Shown: piece by piece, positions 53,516-64,000 of the stretch
Numbering within the stretch: position 1 is the first letter of the stretch
How the letters are laid out: each line of letters starts with the position of its first letter
From: Alphaproteobacteria bacterium
GTDB taxonomy: Bacteria; Pseudomonadota; Alphaproteobacteria; UBA6615
NCBI GenBank assembly: GCA_965261975.1
Contig: CBDHEC010000017.1
Location: 1-64,000 of the forward strand
DNA: 64,000 bases
Reading direction: 5' to 3'
Notes under the pieces: model-generated
Seen by the model: the letters and a program-made list of their open reading frames with translations, nothing else
Told to the model about the DNA's origin: nothing
The model's database searches: none
Made by a program: the position numbers and the translations under genes

Positions 53516-54483
53516 CTTTTCTGCGCCCGGGGGTGCGCCTTGCTGTAGACATCAAGCAGGCGCGCACTATCGACGTCGGTATAGCGCTGGGTGGTCGACA
53601 AGGATTCATGGCCGAGCAACTCCTGGATAGCCCGCAAATCCCCGCCGGCAGACAGCAGATGTGTCGCGAAGGAGTGGCGCAACGCATGCGGGGTGGTCTC
53701 GCGCGGCAACCCCAGGGCGAGCCGCAAGGCCTGCACCCGCTTTTGCACCACCCGCGGACCGAGCCGTCCACCCCTGACCCCGACAAACAGCGGACCATTC
53801 GGCGTCAACGGATGCGGGCAGGTCGACAGATACACGTCGAGCGCTTCGCTGACAGCGGGCAAGACCGGCACCATCCTCGTCTTCCCGCCCTTGCCTACCA
53901 CTGTAAGGCTCCCGTCCCGGGGCATGTCTTTCTGGTTAAGCTCCAGCGCTTCGGAGATCCGCAGCCCGCAACCGTAGAGCAACAGGATGACCGCAATATC
54001 GCGCGCAGTGATCCATGCCGGCGCCGCGTCCCCCTGATCCAGAGCCTGCAGCAGATCTTCCGTTTCGGGGCGACTCAACGCCTTGGGAACGGCGTGGGGC
54101 AACCGGGGGCCGCGCACTGCACCAATGGCAGGGTTGTGGCCAAGCCCTTCCCGATCAAGATACCGGAACAGCATGCGCACGGACGAAAGCGCGCGGGCGG
54201 TCGAACTCCGGGCGTATCCGGACGTGCTGCGCATCGCCAGCCAGGCGCGGAAGTCGCCCGGCTTGAGAGCGAAAAGGGTCGCGAGTGAAATCGTTCCACC
54301 GCAATGTTCGGACAGAAACTCCAGGAACGCGCTTACATCACGGAGATAGGCCGATATCGTGTGTTCAGATGCACGACGTTCGGTGAGAAGCAGGTTCTGC
54401 CAAAGCTCCAGCGCACCGCTCAGGTCGCGCGCAGCCGGCACTGATGAGAAATCAAATTTTTTCAGCGCGGCAGGTCGAGCCAT
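53512..54483 (-). CDS. xerC: Tyrosine recombinase XerC
   Basis: S.HT..AY.RD, GLRISE, GKGGK.R, TPHALRHSFATHLL..GGDLR.IQELLGH..LSTTQRY; downstream of DUF484. Confidence 0.92.
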   Translation of the reverse strand: MARPAALKKFDFSSVPAARDLSGALELWQNLLLTERRASEHTISAYLRDVSAFLEFLSEHCGGTISLATLFALKPGDFRAWLAMRSTSGYARSSTARALSSVRMLFRYLDREGLGHNPAIGAVRGPRLPHAVPKALSRPETEDLLQALDQGDAAPAWITARDIAVILLLYGCGLRISEALELNQKDMPRDGSLTVVGKGGKTRMVPVLPAVSEALDVYLSTCPHPLTPNGPLFVGVRGGRLGPRVVQKRVQALRLALGLPRETTPHALRHSFATHLLSAGGDLRAIQELLGHESLSTTQRYTDVDSARLLDVYSKAHPRAQKS

Positions 54484-55193
54484 GTGCGGATGCTGTGCTC
54501 CATGATAGCCGCCAGGAACACCAGAAGTTCCGATCCCTGGCCTTCGTGAAAGCGTTGCGGATCCCGGCTCCCGAGCGCCAGCAGCGCGACCGGCGCATCC
54601 TCGCGCACAGTCAGGCGCAACAACACCTCAGACCGGACGAGACCTGCCGCTTCGCCATACAGCCTGCGATCACCCTCTATGTCTTCACGAAGGGTTACCG
54701 CTCGCGAGATATCAACAAGACGCTCGATGGTGCCCACGGGGACAACGCGCACACCTTGATTGTTGCCCGGCGCAACCGTGCCGCCCTCGAGACACAGCGC
54801 GGCCGCATCGACGTGCAAAAGACCGACCAGGTCGATCGTGAGAATTTCAATCAGATGATCGAGCGAGCGCGCCTTGAGAAGCGCGACGACGGCGGCATGA
54901 ACCCGGTTCTGGCTTTGCAGGTTCGAGCGGCCGGCATCGATAAGGTCGGTACACTGCTCACGTTGCTTGCCGAGGTCCGCGCGCACACGTGCGAGCATGG
55001 CATCCTGTAAATCGACAACCTCGCCACCCGCCGGATCAACATCGGCGAACGCGCGTTCGGGTGCTTCGAGAACCGACAGCAGCTCGGGGCGGCGCTTGAG
55101 GAAATCGGGGTTGGTTTTCAGAAACTCCGCGACCCGGTCTTCGCTCAGCTCGACCGGTTCCGGCGCGTCCTGCCGCGGGGCCTTGGTGCTCAC
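54462..55193 (-). CDS. DUF484 family protein
   Basis: V.EFL..NPDF, VVDLQ, LALGSRD..RF..GQG.ELL.FLA. Confidence 0.88.
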   Translation of the reverse strand: MSTKAPRQDAPEPVELSEDRVAEFLKTNPDFLKRRPELLSVLEAPERAFADVDPAGGEVVDLQDAMLARVRADLGKQREQCTDLIDAGRSNLQSQNRVHAAVVALLKARSLDHLIEILTIDLVGLLHVDAAALCLEGGTVAPGNNQGVRVVPVGTIERLVDISRAVTLREDIEGDRRLYGEAAGLVRSEVLLRLTVREDAPVALLALGSRDPQRFHEGQGSELLVFLAAIMEHSIRTWLDLPR

Positions 55194-55217
55194 GCCCGCA
55201 CCCCCGCGATCTGTTCT

Positions 55218-55907
55218 CTATTCTGCGGCATTCTTCCGGTCATTCGCCTGTTCCAGGATCGACTGCCCGGTTGCCTCCCAATCCTTCATGAATGCCGCGA
55301 GCCCCTTATCCGTCAGCGGGTGCTGATAGAGCTGCCGCAGAACACCCGGCGGCAAGGTCGCGACATGCGCACCGGCCACCGCGGATTCGACCACATGCGC
55401 GGGGCCGCGGATCGACGCGACCAGCACCTCGGTCTCGAAGTTGTCATACTGGGAATAGATTTCGACGATATCCTCGATCAGGTCGAGGCCACGCAAACCC
55501 ATGTCGTCGAGACGCCCGACAAACGGTGAAATGAAACTCGCGCCCGCCTTGGCGGCCAGAACAGCCTGTGCGGCAGAGAAACAAAGGGTCACGTTGACCA
55601 TGATGTCGCGATCACGCAGCGTCTTGCATGTCTTCAGGCCGTCCGGCGTCAGCGGGACCTTGATCGCCACGTTCGACGCGATGGCGGCGAGCACGTCGGC
55701 TTCGGCCATCATGGTCTCGAAATCCGGCGCGGTGACCTCCGCGCTAACCGGTCCGGGGACGACGTCGCAAATCTCGGCAATGACATCGAGCATGTTGCGC
55801 CCAGACTTCGCGATCAGGGACGGGTTCGTGGTCACACCATCCACAAGGCCGCTATCGGCCAGATCACGAATTTCCGCCAGATCGGCAGTATCCACAAAAA
55901 ACTTCAT
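55218..55907 (-). CDS. Transaldolase / fructose-6-phosphate aldolase family
   Basis: [43 protein letters not shown]. Confidence 0.93.
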   Translation of the reverse strand: MKFFVDTADLAEIRDLADSGLVDGVTTNPSLIAKSGRNMLDVIAEICDVVPGPVSAEVTAPDFETMMAEADVLAAIASNVAIKVPLTPDGLKTCKTLRDRDIMVNVTLCFSAAQAVLAAKAGASFISPFVGRLDDMGLRGLDLIEDIVEIYSQYDNFETEVLVASIRGPAHVVESAVAGAHVATLPPGVLRQLYQHPLTDKGLAAFMKDWEATGQSILEQANDRKNAAE

Positions 55908-56017
55908 TCCCCGAATTCCTTCTTCTGCGCCATGTTTTCGAAGCGCCAGGACTCTATCCCCGCAGAGACCTGCGCCATGCGTTGGCCCGCTGCGAGTCGC
56001 CGGATAAAGTGTACCCG

Positions 56018-58234
56018 ATGCCCCTGACCGACACCACTGCACCCAGACAGGACAACCCGATGGACGAGGCCGGCGAAACGGTCAGTGTTTTGCTGCCGCT
56101 GCCGGTCGCCGGCCCGTATGACTACAAGGTGCCGCCGGACATGACCCTGCAACCGGGTGACTTCGTACACGCCCCCCTGGGGTCGCGCGAGATGACCGGC
56201 GTGGTATGGGGCCCGGCCATCGGCGACGTGGACGAGAAGAAACTGCGCCCCGTCACCGACCGGATCGACACCCGCGCGCTGCCCGAAGAGCTCCGGCGCT
56301 TCGTCGACTGGGTCGCCGCCTATACGCTGAGTGCACCCGGCGCCGTGCTGCGGATGGCGCTACGCTCGCCGGACGCACTGGCACCGCCGAAGCCTGTCAC
56401 GGCTTTTCTGGCCGCGACACCGCCCGAAGGGCTGCGCATGACGCCGGCGCGGATCCGGGTTCTTGATGCATTGCGTGACGGCCCCCCTCTCACCGCCCGC
56501 GATCTGGCGAGTGAAGCCGGAGTCACACAGGGTGTGATCAAGGGACTGGCCGATGCCGGTGCCGTCGAGCGTGTCGAACTTGCGCCGCCGCCCGCCTTCG
56601 CCGTCCCGGACATCTCCCGACCGGGCATGGCGCTGTCGGACGACCAGACCCAGGCCGCGACCGCGCTCTGTCATGATGTGGAGGCCGATAGTTTTTCGGT
56701 CACATTGCTGGATGGGGTCACGGGCTCGGGTAAGACGGAAGTCTATTTCGAGGCACTCGCAACCGCGCTGGGCGCTGGCAGGCAGGTGTTGGTGCTGTTG
56801 CCGGAAATAGCCCTGACGCCGCAATGGCTCGACCGTTTCGAACGACGCTTTGGCGTCGCCCCCGCGGTCTGGCATTCGGACCTCGGCCAGGTTCGCCGCC
56901 GCAAGACCTGGCGCGCTGTGGCCGACGGCGAAGCGCGTGTCGTGGTTGGTGCGCGCTCGGCGCTTTTCCTGCCCTTTCCCGAACTGGGCCTGATCGTCGT
57001 TGATGAAGAGCATGAATCCGCCTTCAAGCAGGAAGACGGGGTGGCCTATCACGGCCGCGACATGGCCGTCGTACGCGCCAGGATCGCCGATTGTCCGATC
57101 ATTGTCGCGTCCGCCACACCCTCCCTGGAAACCCGCGTCAATGTGGCGCGAGAACGCTATAAGGCGATCGCGCTGCCCGAAAGGTTCGGTCGCTCGGCGC
57201 TGCCGACGATCGAGACCATCGATATGCGTGACGGCGACTTGCGCGCCGACCGCTTTCTCTCCGAACCGCTGGTCGAGGCACTCAAGGCAAACATGGCCGA
57301 CGGCGAGCAGGCGCTGCTGTTCCTCAACCGCCGCGGCTACGCGCCCCTCACCTTGTGCCGCACCTGCGGCCACCGCTTCGCCTGCCCGAGCTGCAGCGCG
57401 TGGTTGACGGAGCACCGTTTTCGAAAGCGACTCCAGTGCCATCACTGCGGCTATGAGGTCCCGATCCCGACAAATTGCCCCTCCTGCGACAACACCGACA
57501 CGCTCGTGGCGTGTGGCCCGGGTGTCGAGCGCATCGCCGAAGAGGTCAGAACGATGCTGCCCGAAGCGCGCATGGAGATCATGACCAGCGACACCATGCG
57601 GGGTCCGGAGGCCGCGCAGCGGCTGGTCCGTTCGGTCGAGGACCAGGAGATCGACATCCTGATCGGCACCCAGATGGTCGCCAAGGGTCATCATTTCCCG
57701 AACCTGACCCTCGTCGGGATCGTCGATGCTGATTTGGGCCTCGCCGGCGGTGACTTGCGTGCGGCCGAGCGCACCTATCAGGTATTGCAGCAGGTTTCGG
57801 GCAGAGCGGGGCGCGCCGAGCGTCCTGGCCGGGTGCTGATTCAAACCTTCCAGCCCGAACATCCCGTCATGAAAGCACTGGCTTCCGGTGACAGGGATGG
57901 TTTCATGGCGCTCGAGACGGATGCACGGCGAATGGGTGACTGGCCGCCATTCGGACGTCTGGCGGCCATTATTGTGTCCAGCCGGGATCCGCAGGTGGCC
58001 GATGAACTTGCACGCGCACTAGCGCGTTGCGCACCCGACGGCCCCGGCGTGCGAGTGCTCGGGCCGGCACCGGCACCTCTGTCACTGCTGCGCGGCCGGC
58101 ACCGTCGGCGGCTCTTGCTCAAGGCCGGCCTGGACCAGCAAATTCAGGGTCTTGTCAGGTCCTGGCTATCGCAGGTCAAGGTTCCTTCCAGCGCGCGGGT
58201 GCGGGTGGACATCGATCCCTACAGCTTCCTCTAG
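56018..58234 (+). CDS. priA: Primosomal protein N'
   Basis: [27 protein letters not shown], four Cxx[18 protein letters not shown]; start may be 56059. Confidence 0.96.
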   Translation: MPLTDTTAPRQDNPMDEAGETVSVLLPLPVAGPYDYKVPPDMTLQPGDFVHAPLGSREMTGVVWGPAIGDVDEKKLRPVTDRIDTRALPEELRRFVDWVAAYTLSAPGAVLRMALRSPDALAPPKPVTAFLAATPPEGLRMTPARIRVLDALRDGPPLTARDLASEAGVTQGVIKGLADAGAVERVELAPPPAFAVPDISRPGMALSDDQTQAATALCHDVEADSFSVTLLDGVTGSGKTEVYFEALATALGAGRQVLVLLPEIALTPQWLDRFERRFGVAPAVWHSDLGQVRRRKTWRAVADGEARVVVGARSALFLPFPELGLIVVDEEHESAFKQEDGVAYHGRDMAVVRARIADCPIIVASATPSLETRVNVARERYKAIALPERFGRSALPTIETIDMRDGDLRADRFLSEPLVEALKANMADGEQALLFLNRRGYAPLTLCRTCGHRFACPSCSAWLTEHRFRKRLQCHHCGYEVPIPTNCPSCDNTDTLVACGPGVERIAEEVRTMLPEARMEIMTSDTMRGPEAAQRLVRSVEDQEIDILIGTQMVAKGHHFPNLTLVGIVDADLGLAGGDLRAAERTYQVLQQVSGRAGRAERPGRVLIQTFQPEHPVMKALASGDRDGFMALETDARRMGDWPPFGRLAAIIVSSRDPQVADELARALARCAPDGPGVRVLGPAPAPLSLLRGRHRRRLLLKAGLDQQIQGLVRSWLSQVKVPSSARVRVDIDPYSFL

Positions 58235-58492
58235 AGGCGCGGTTTTCGTTGCCGCCGGTTCGCGCGAACATGCGCGACGAAACGCCGCCATGGCGAACCT
58301 CTGAAAACCCGGTGTTTTTCTACAGTTTTTGCGCTGCGGTACGCTTGCCAGCCCCCAAGCCGTATGCTACCAAGCGCCTGCCTTATCGGCGGGTCTCTTC
58401 CCGTTATCTGGCAGCCGAAAAATATCAATAGATATCAATCGGTTACAACTAATCGCGCAAGCAAAAACAGGCTCCGGGGGGGCAGTCGCACA

Positions 58493-59050
58493 GTGGCGGC
58501 AGATACAAGTGTTGTCGGCGATATTGCAGAACGGTACGGGCTCGCGTTGTACGAGCTCGCGGACGAGGCAAAATGCCTCGACGAAGTGGCCGGCGATCTC
58601 GCGGACCTGAAACAACTCATCACGGACAGCGAGGAGCTGACGAAGCTCCTGCGTTCCCCGCTGATCGACCGCGACGACAAGGCGCGTGCGATGGGGGTGA
58701 TCCTCGAGCGAGGCGCCGCGAACGAACTCACCCGCCGATTTGTCGGTGTGGCCGCCGGGAACAACCGGCTGTTCGCGCTATCCGCGATGATCGAGGCCTA
58801 TCTGGCCGAACTTGCGCGCCGACGCGGCGAAATCACCGCCGAGGTGACATCAGCCCGCGCGCTGAATGACGAACAACTGCAGCAGCTCACCGAGAGCCTG
58901 CGTGCAAAGTTGGGTGGAAAAATAGCCGTCGAACCGAAAGTGGACGCCTCGCTCATTGGCGGGCTGGTGGTCCGGGTTGGTTCGCGGATGATCGATGCAT
59001 CGCTGAAAACAAAGCTTCAGCGCCTGCAATACGCCATGAAGGGAGCGTAG
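58493..59050 (+). CDS. atpH: ATP synthase F1 delta
   Basis: A.RY..ALYELA, NNRL, VD.SLIGG.VVRVGSRMID.S; GTG start. Confidence 0.95.
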   Translation: MAADTSVVGDIAERYGLALYELADEAKCLDEVAGDLADLKQLITDSEELTKLLRSPLIDRDDKARAMGVILERGAANELTRRFVGVAAGNNRLFALSAMIEAYLAELARRRGEITAEVTSARALNDEQLQQLTESLRAKLGGKIAVEPKVDASLIGGLVVRVGSRMIDASLKTKLQRLQYAMKGA

Positions 59051-59053
59051 AGG

Positions 59054-60583
<1,530 letters not shown>

Positions 60584-60612
60584 CACCGACCGGACAGGGC
60601 AAAGACAAGACG

Positions 60613-61515
60613 ATGGCCAGTCTCAAGGAATTCCGCGTCAGGATCGCTTCGGTGAAGTCGACGCAGCGTATTACGTCGGCGATGAAGATGGTCGCCGCCG
60701 CAAAGCTGCGCCGTGCGCAGGAAGAAGCGATCGCGGCCCGACCCTATTCCGAACGCATGGAACGCATGCTGGGGTCGCTCGCGGAAAGCGCCGCGGCATC
60801 AGGCAATGCACCGCCCCTGCTCGCCGGCAGCGGCAAGGACAACGTCCATCTGCTCGTGGTCATGACCACCGACCGCGGCCTGTGCGGCGGCTTCAACGGC
60901 AGCATCACCCGCTGGGCCCGCCAGCGAATTCTTGAACTCCGCGCCGACGGCAAAGAGGTCAAGATTCTCATGGTCGGCCGCAAGGGACGCGGCATTCTGC
61001 GCTCCGAGTTCGACAGCATGATCATCGACACCCTCGAGGACACGGCGCGTCCCGCGCCCCGCTTCGAGACCGCGGTTGAGATTGCCCAGCGCGTGCGCAC
61101 CATGTTCGAGGCGGGCGAAATCGATGTCTGCACGATTGTCTACAACAAGTTCATTTCTGCGCTGACCCAGGATGTCACGCCACAGCAGCTGATCCCGTTC
61201 GCGCTGCCCGAGGCCGACGAGTCCAACGCCGAGGACGCCAACTCGGATATCGCCGGCAACGCGGCCTATGAATACGAACCCGACGAAAAAGAAATCCTCA
61301 CGGATTTGCTGCCGCGCAACCTGTCGGTTCAGGTTTTCCGCGCGATGCTCGAATCATTCGCCTCCGAACAGGGTGCGCGGATGACGGCCATGGACAGCGC
61401 CACACGAAACGCGGGCGACATGATCAACCGCTTGACCATCGAGTATAACCGAACACGCCAGGCGGCGATCACAACAGAACTCATTGAAATCATCTCTGGC
61501 GCGGAAGCGCTCTAG
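60613..61515 (+). CDS. atpG: ATP synthase F1 gamma
   Basis: [39 protein letters not shown]. Confidence 0.98.
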   Translation: MASLKEFRVRIASVKSTQRITSAMKMVAAAKLRRAQEEAIAARPYSERMERMLGSLAESAAASGNAPPLLAGSGKDNVHLLVVMTTDRGLCGGFNGSITRWARQRILELRADGKEVKILMVGRKGRGILRSEFDSMIIDTLEDTARPAPRFETAVEIAQRVRTMFEAGEIDVCTIVYNKFISALTQDVTPQQLIPFALPEADESNAEDANSDIAGNAAYEYEPDEKEILTDLLPRNLSVQVFRAMLESFASEQGARMTAMDSATRNAGDMINRLTIEYNRTRQAAITTELIEIISGAEAL

Positions 61516-62972
<1,457 letters not shown>

Positions 62973-62993
62973 CGGCCTAGCAGGAGACGACGC

Positions 62994-63416
62994 GTGGCGG
63001 ACAACGCGGTTCAGTTCGAACTTGTTTCACCCGAGAAGCTTTTGCTCTCGGAAGACGTCGAGATGGTGGTGGTTCCCGGTGCCGAAGGTGACTTCGGTGT
63101 TCTGCCGGGACATTCACCCATGATTTCGACCGTACGCCCCGGCGTGATCCACGTTTTCGAAGGTGGATCGGTTACATCACGCATTTTCGTGGCAGGCGGC
63201 TTTGCTGAAGTCACGGCGGAGCGCTGCACCGTCCTGGCCGAAGAAGCCGTGCCGCTCGACGAGATCGACCGCGCGGGTGTCGAGAAAGACCTGCGGGACG
63301 CGAATGAGGATATTCGTGATGCTGCCGGTGACGAGGCCCAGCTGGGCCTGGCGGAAGCGCGGGCAGCTACGGCACGTGCGAAACTCACCTCACTCGACAA
63401 TCTGGTCTATCAATAA
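62994..63416 (+). CDS. atpC: ATP synthase F1 epsilon
   Basis: FELVSPE, PG.EG.FGVLPGH.P, GGFAEV. Confidence 0.96.
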   Translation: MADNAVQFELVSPEKLLLSEDVEMVVVPGAEGDFGVLPGHSPMISTVRPGVIHVFEGGSVTSRIFVAGGFAEVTAERCTVLAEEAVPLDEIDRAGVEKDLRDANEDIRDAAGDEAQLGLAEARAATARAKLTSLDNLVYQ

Positions 63417-63458
63417 AATCAACGATTTGCCCTAATTCGCACTTCTGTGCACAGGGTT

Positions 63459-63490
63459 TTGACTGCACAGCATATCCGACGATATATAAT
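63459..63490 (+). promoter_or_regulatory. Candidate sigma70 promoter of the ferritin-like gene
   Basis: TTGACT (63459-63464) followed 18 nt later by TATATAAT. Confidence 0.45.
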
Positions 63491-63536
63491 GGTGACGTGG
63501 ACATCGGGTCCGCAGGCCATTCGTTGATGTGACGTC

Positions 63537-64000
63537 ATGATCGCAGACCAAAGCCGACATTGGACGCCCGACGACATCCCGTGGGATCAGTTTGATCCGG
63601 CGAAGGTTGATCCGGAGATGCTGAGCATCGTCAAAGCCGCGGCGATGGTCGAGTATAACGGCAACACCTATGCCGACTATTTGTGCAATGTCTTCAATGA
63701 CGACCCGGATTTCCAGCAGGCCGCACGACGCTGGTCGCTCGAAGAGGTCCAGCACGGAGAGGTGTTGGCGCGCTGGGCGCAGATGGCCGACCCGTCGTTT
63801 GATTTCAGAACCCGTTTCACCGATTTCTCGGAGAAGATTCAACTCCCCATGGCGGCTGAAGAATCAGTCCGCGGCACACGCTGCGGCGAGTTGGTCGCGC
63901 GCTGCATGGTGGAAGTCGGCACCTCGTCCTACTACACCGCCTTGCGCGAAGCGACCGACGAACCCGTGCTACGCGAAATTTGCCGCCGCATCGCCCAGGA
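63537..64000 (+). CDS. Ferritin-like di-iron domain protein, truncated by window edge
   Basis: MIADQSRHWTPDDIPWDQFD...AAAMVE...W..EEVQHG...RCMVEVGTSSYY...EPVL.EICRRIA. Confidence 0.85.
   Translation, partial: MIADQSRHWTPDDIPWDQFDPAKVDPEMLSIVKAAAMVEYNGNTYADYLCNVFNDDPDFQQAARRWSLEEVQHGEVLARWAQMADPSFDFRTRFTDFSEKIQLPMAAEESVRGTRCGELVARCMVEVGTSSYYTALREATDEPVLREICRRIAQ

Noticed and set aside
53512-54483. Tyrosine recombinase as a mobile-element integrase
   Set aside because: Sequence and DUF484 context fit housekeeping XerC.

Overview
GC-rich alphaproteobacterial chromosomal segment (Rhodospirillales-like gene order; taxonomy inferred). It is dominated by core genes: dsbB(3')-coq7, gluQ, pduO-etfBA-hbd, tlpA/argH-lptM-lysA, ftsEX, chorismate mutase-hisC-tyrA, metXW, pdxY, sdhCDAB, zapE-mdh-sucCDAB-lpdA, xerC, transaldolase, priA and atpHAGDC, with small accessory insertions. 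I saw no rRNA, tRNA, CRISPR array or transposase. The main unexplained feature is the ~1.35 kb pdxY-sdhC intergenic region. Its minus strand looks like an ~870-nt highly structured non-coding RNA: at least 10 hairpins capped by cUUCGg, cCUCGg or GNRA tetraloops with G-U pairs that work only on that strand, ending in a terminator-like hairpin. It is preceded by a phased DnaA-box-like array. It is faced by a convergent ~75-nt plus-strand sRNA candidate with its own promoter-like sequence and terminator, complementary to the large RNA's terminal hairpin. I could not match it by eye to RNase P, tmRNA, introns or riboswitches. A second DnaA-box locus lies between the convergent plsC and chaC genes. 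Several single-base indels (ydcF-like, plsC, chaC, atpD) look like sequencing or assembly errors. All calls come from reading the sequence; no searches were run.
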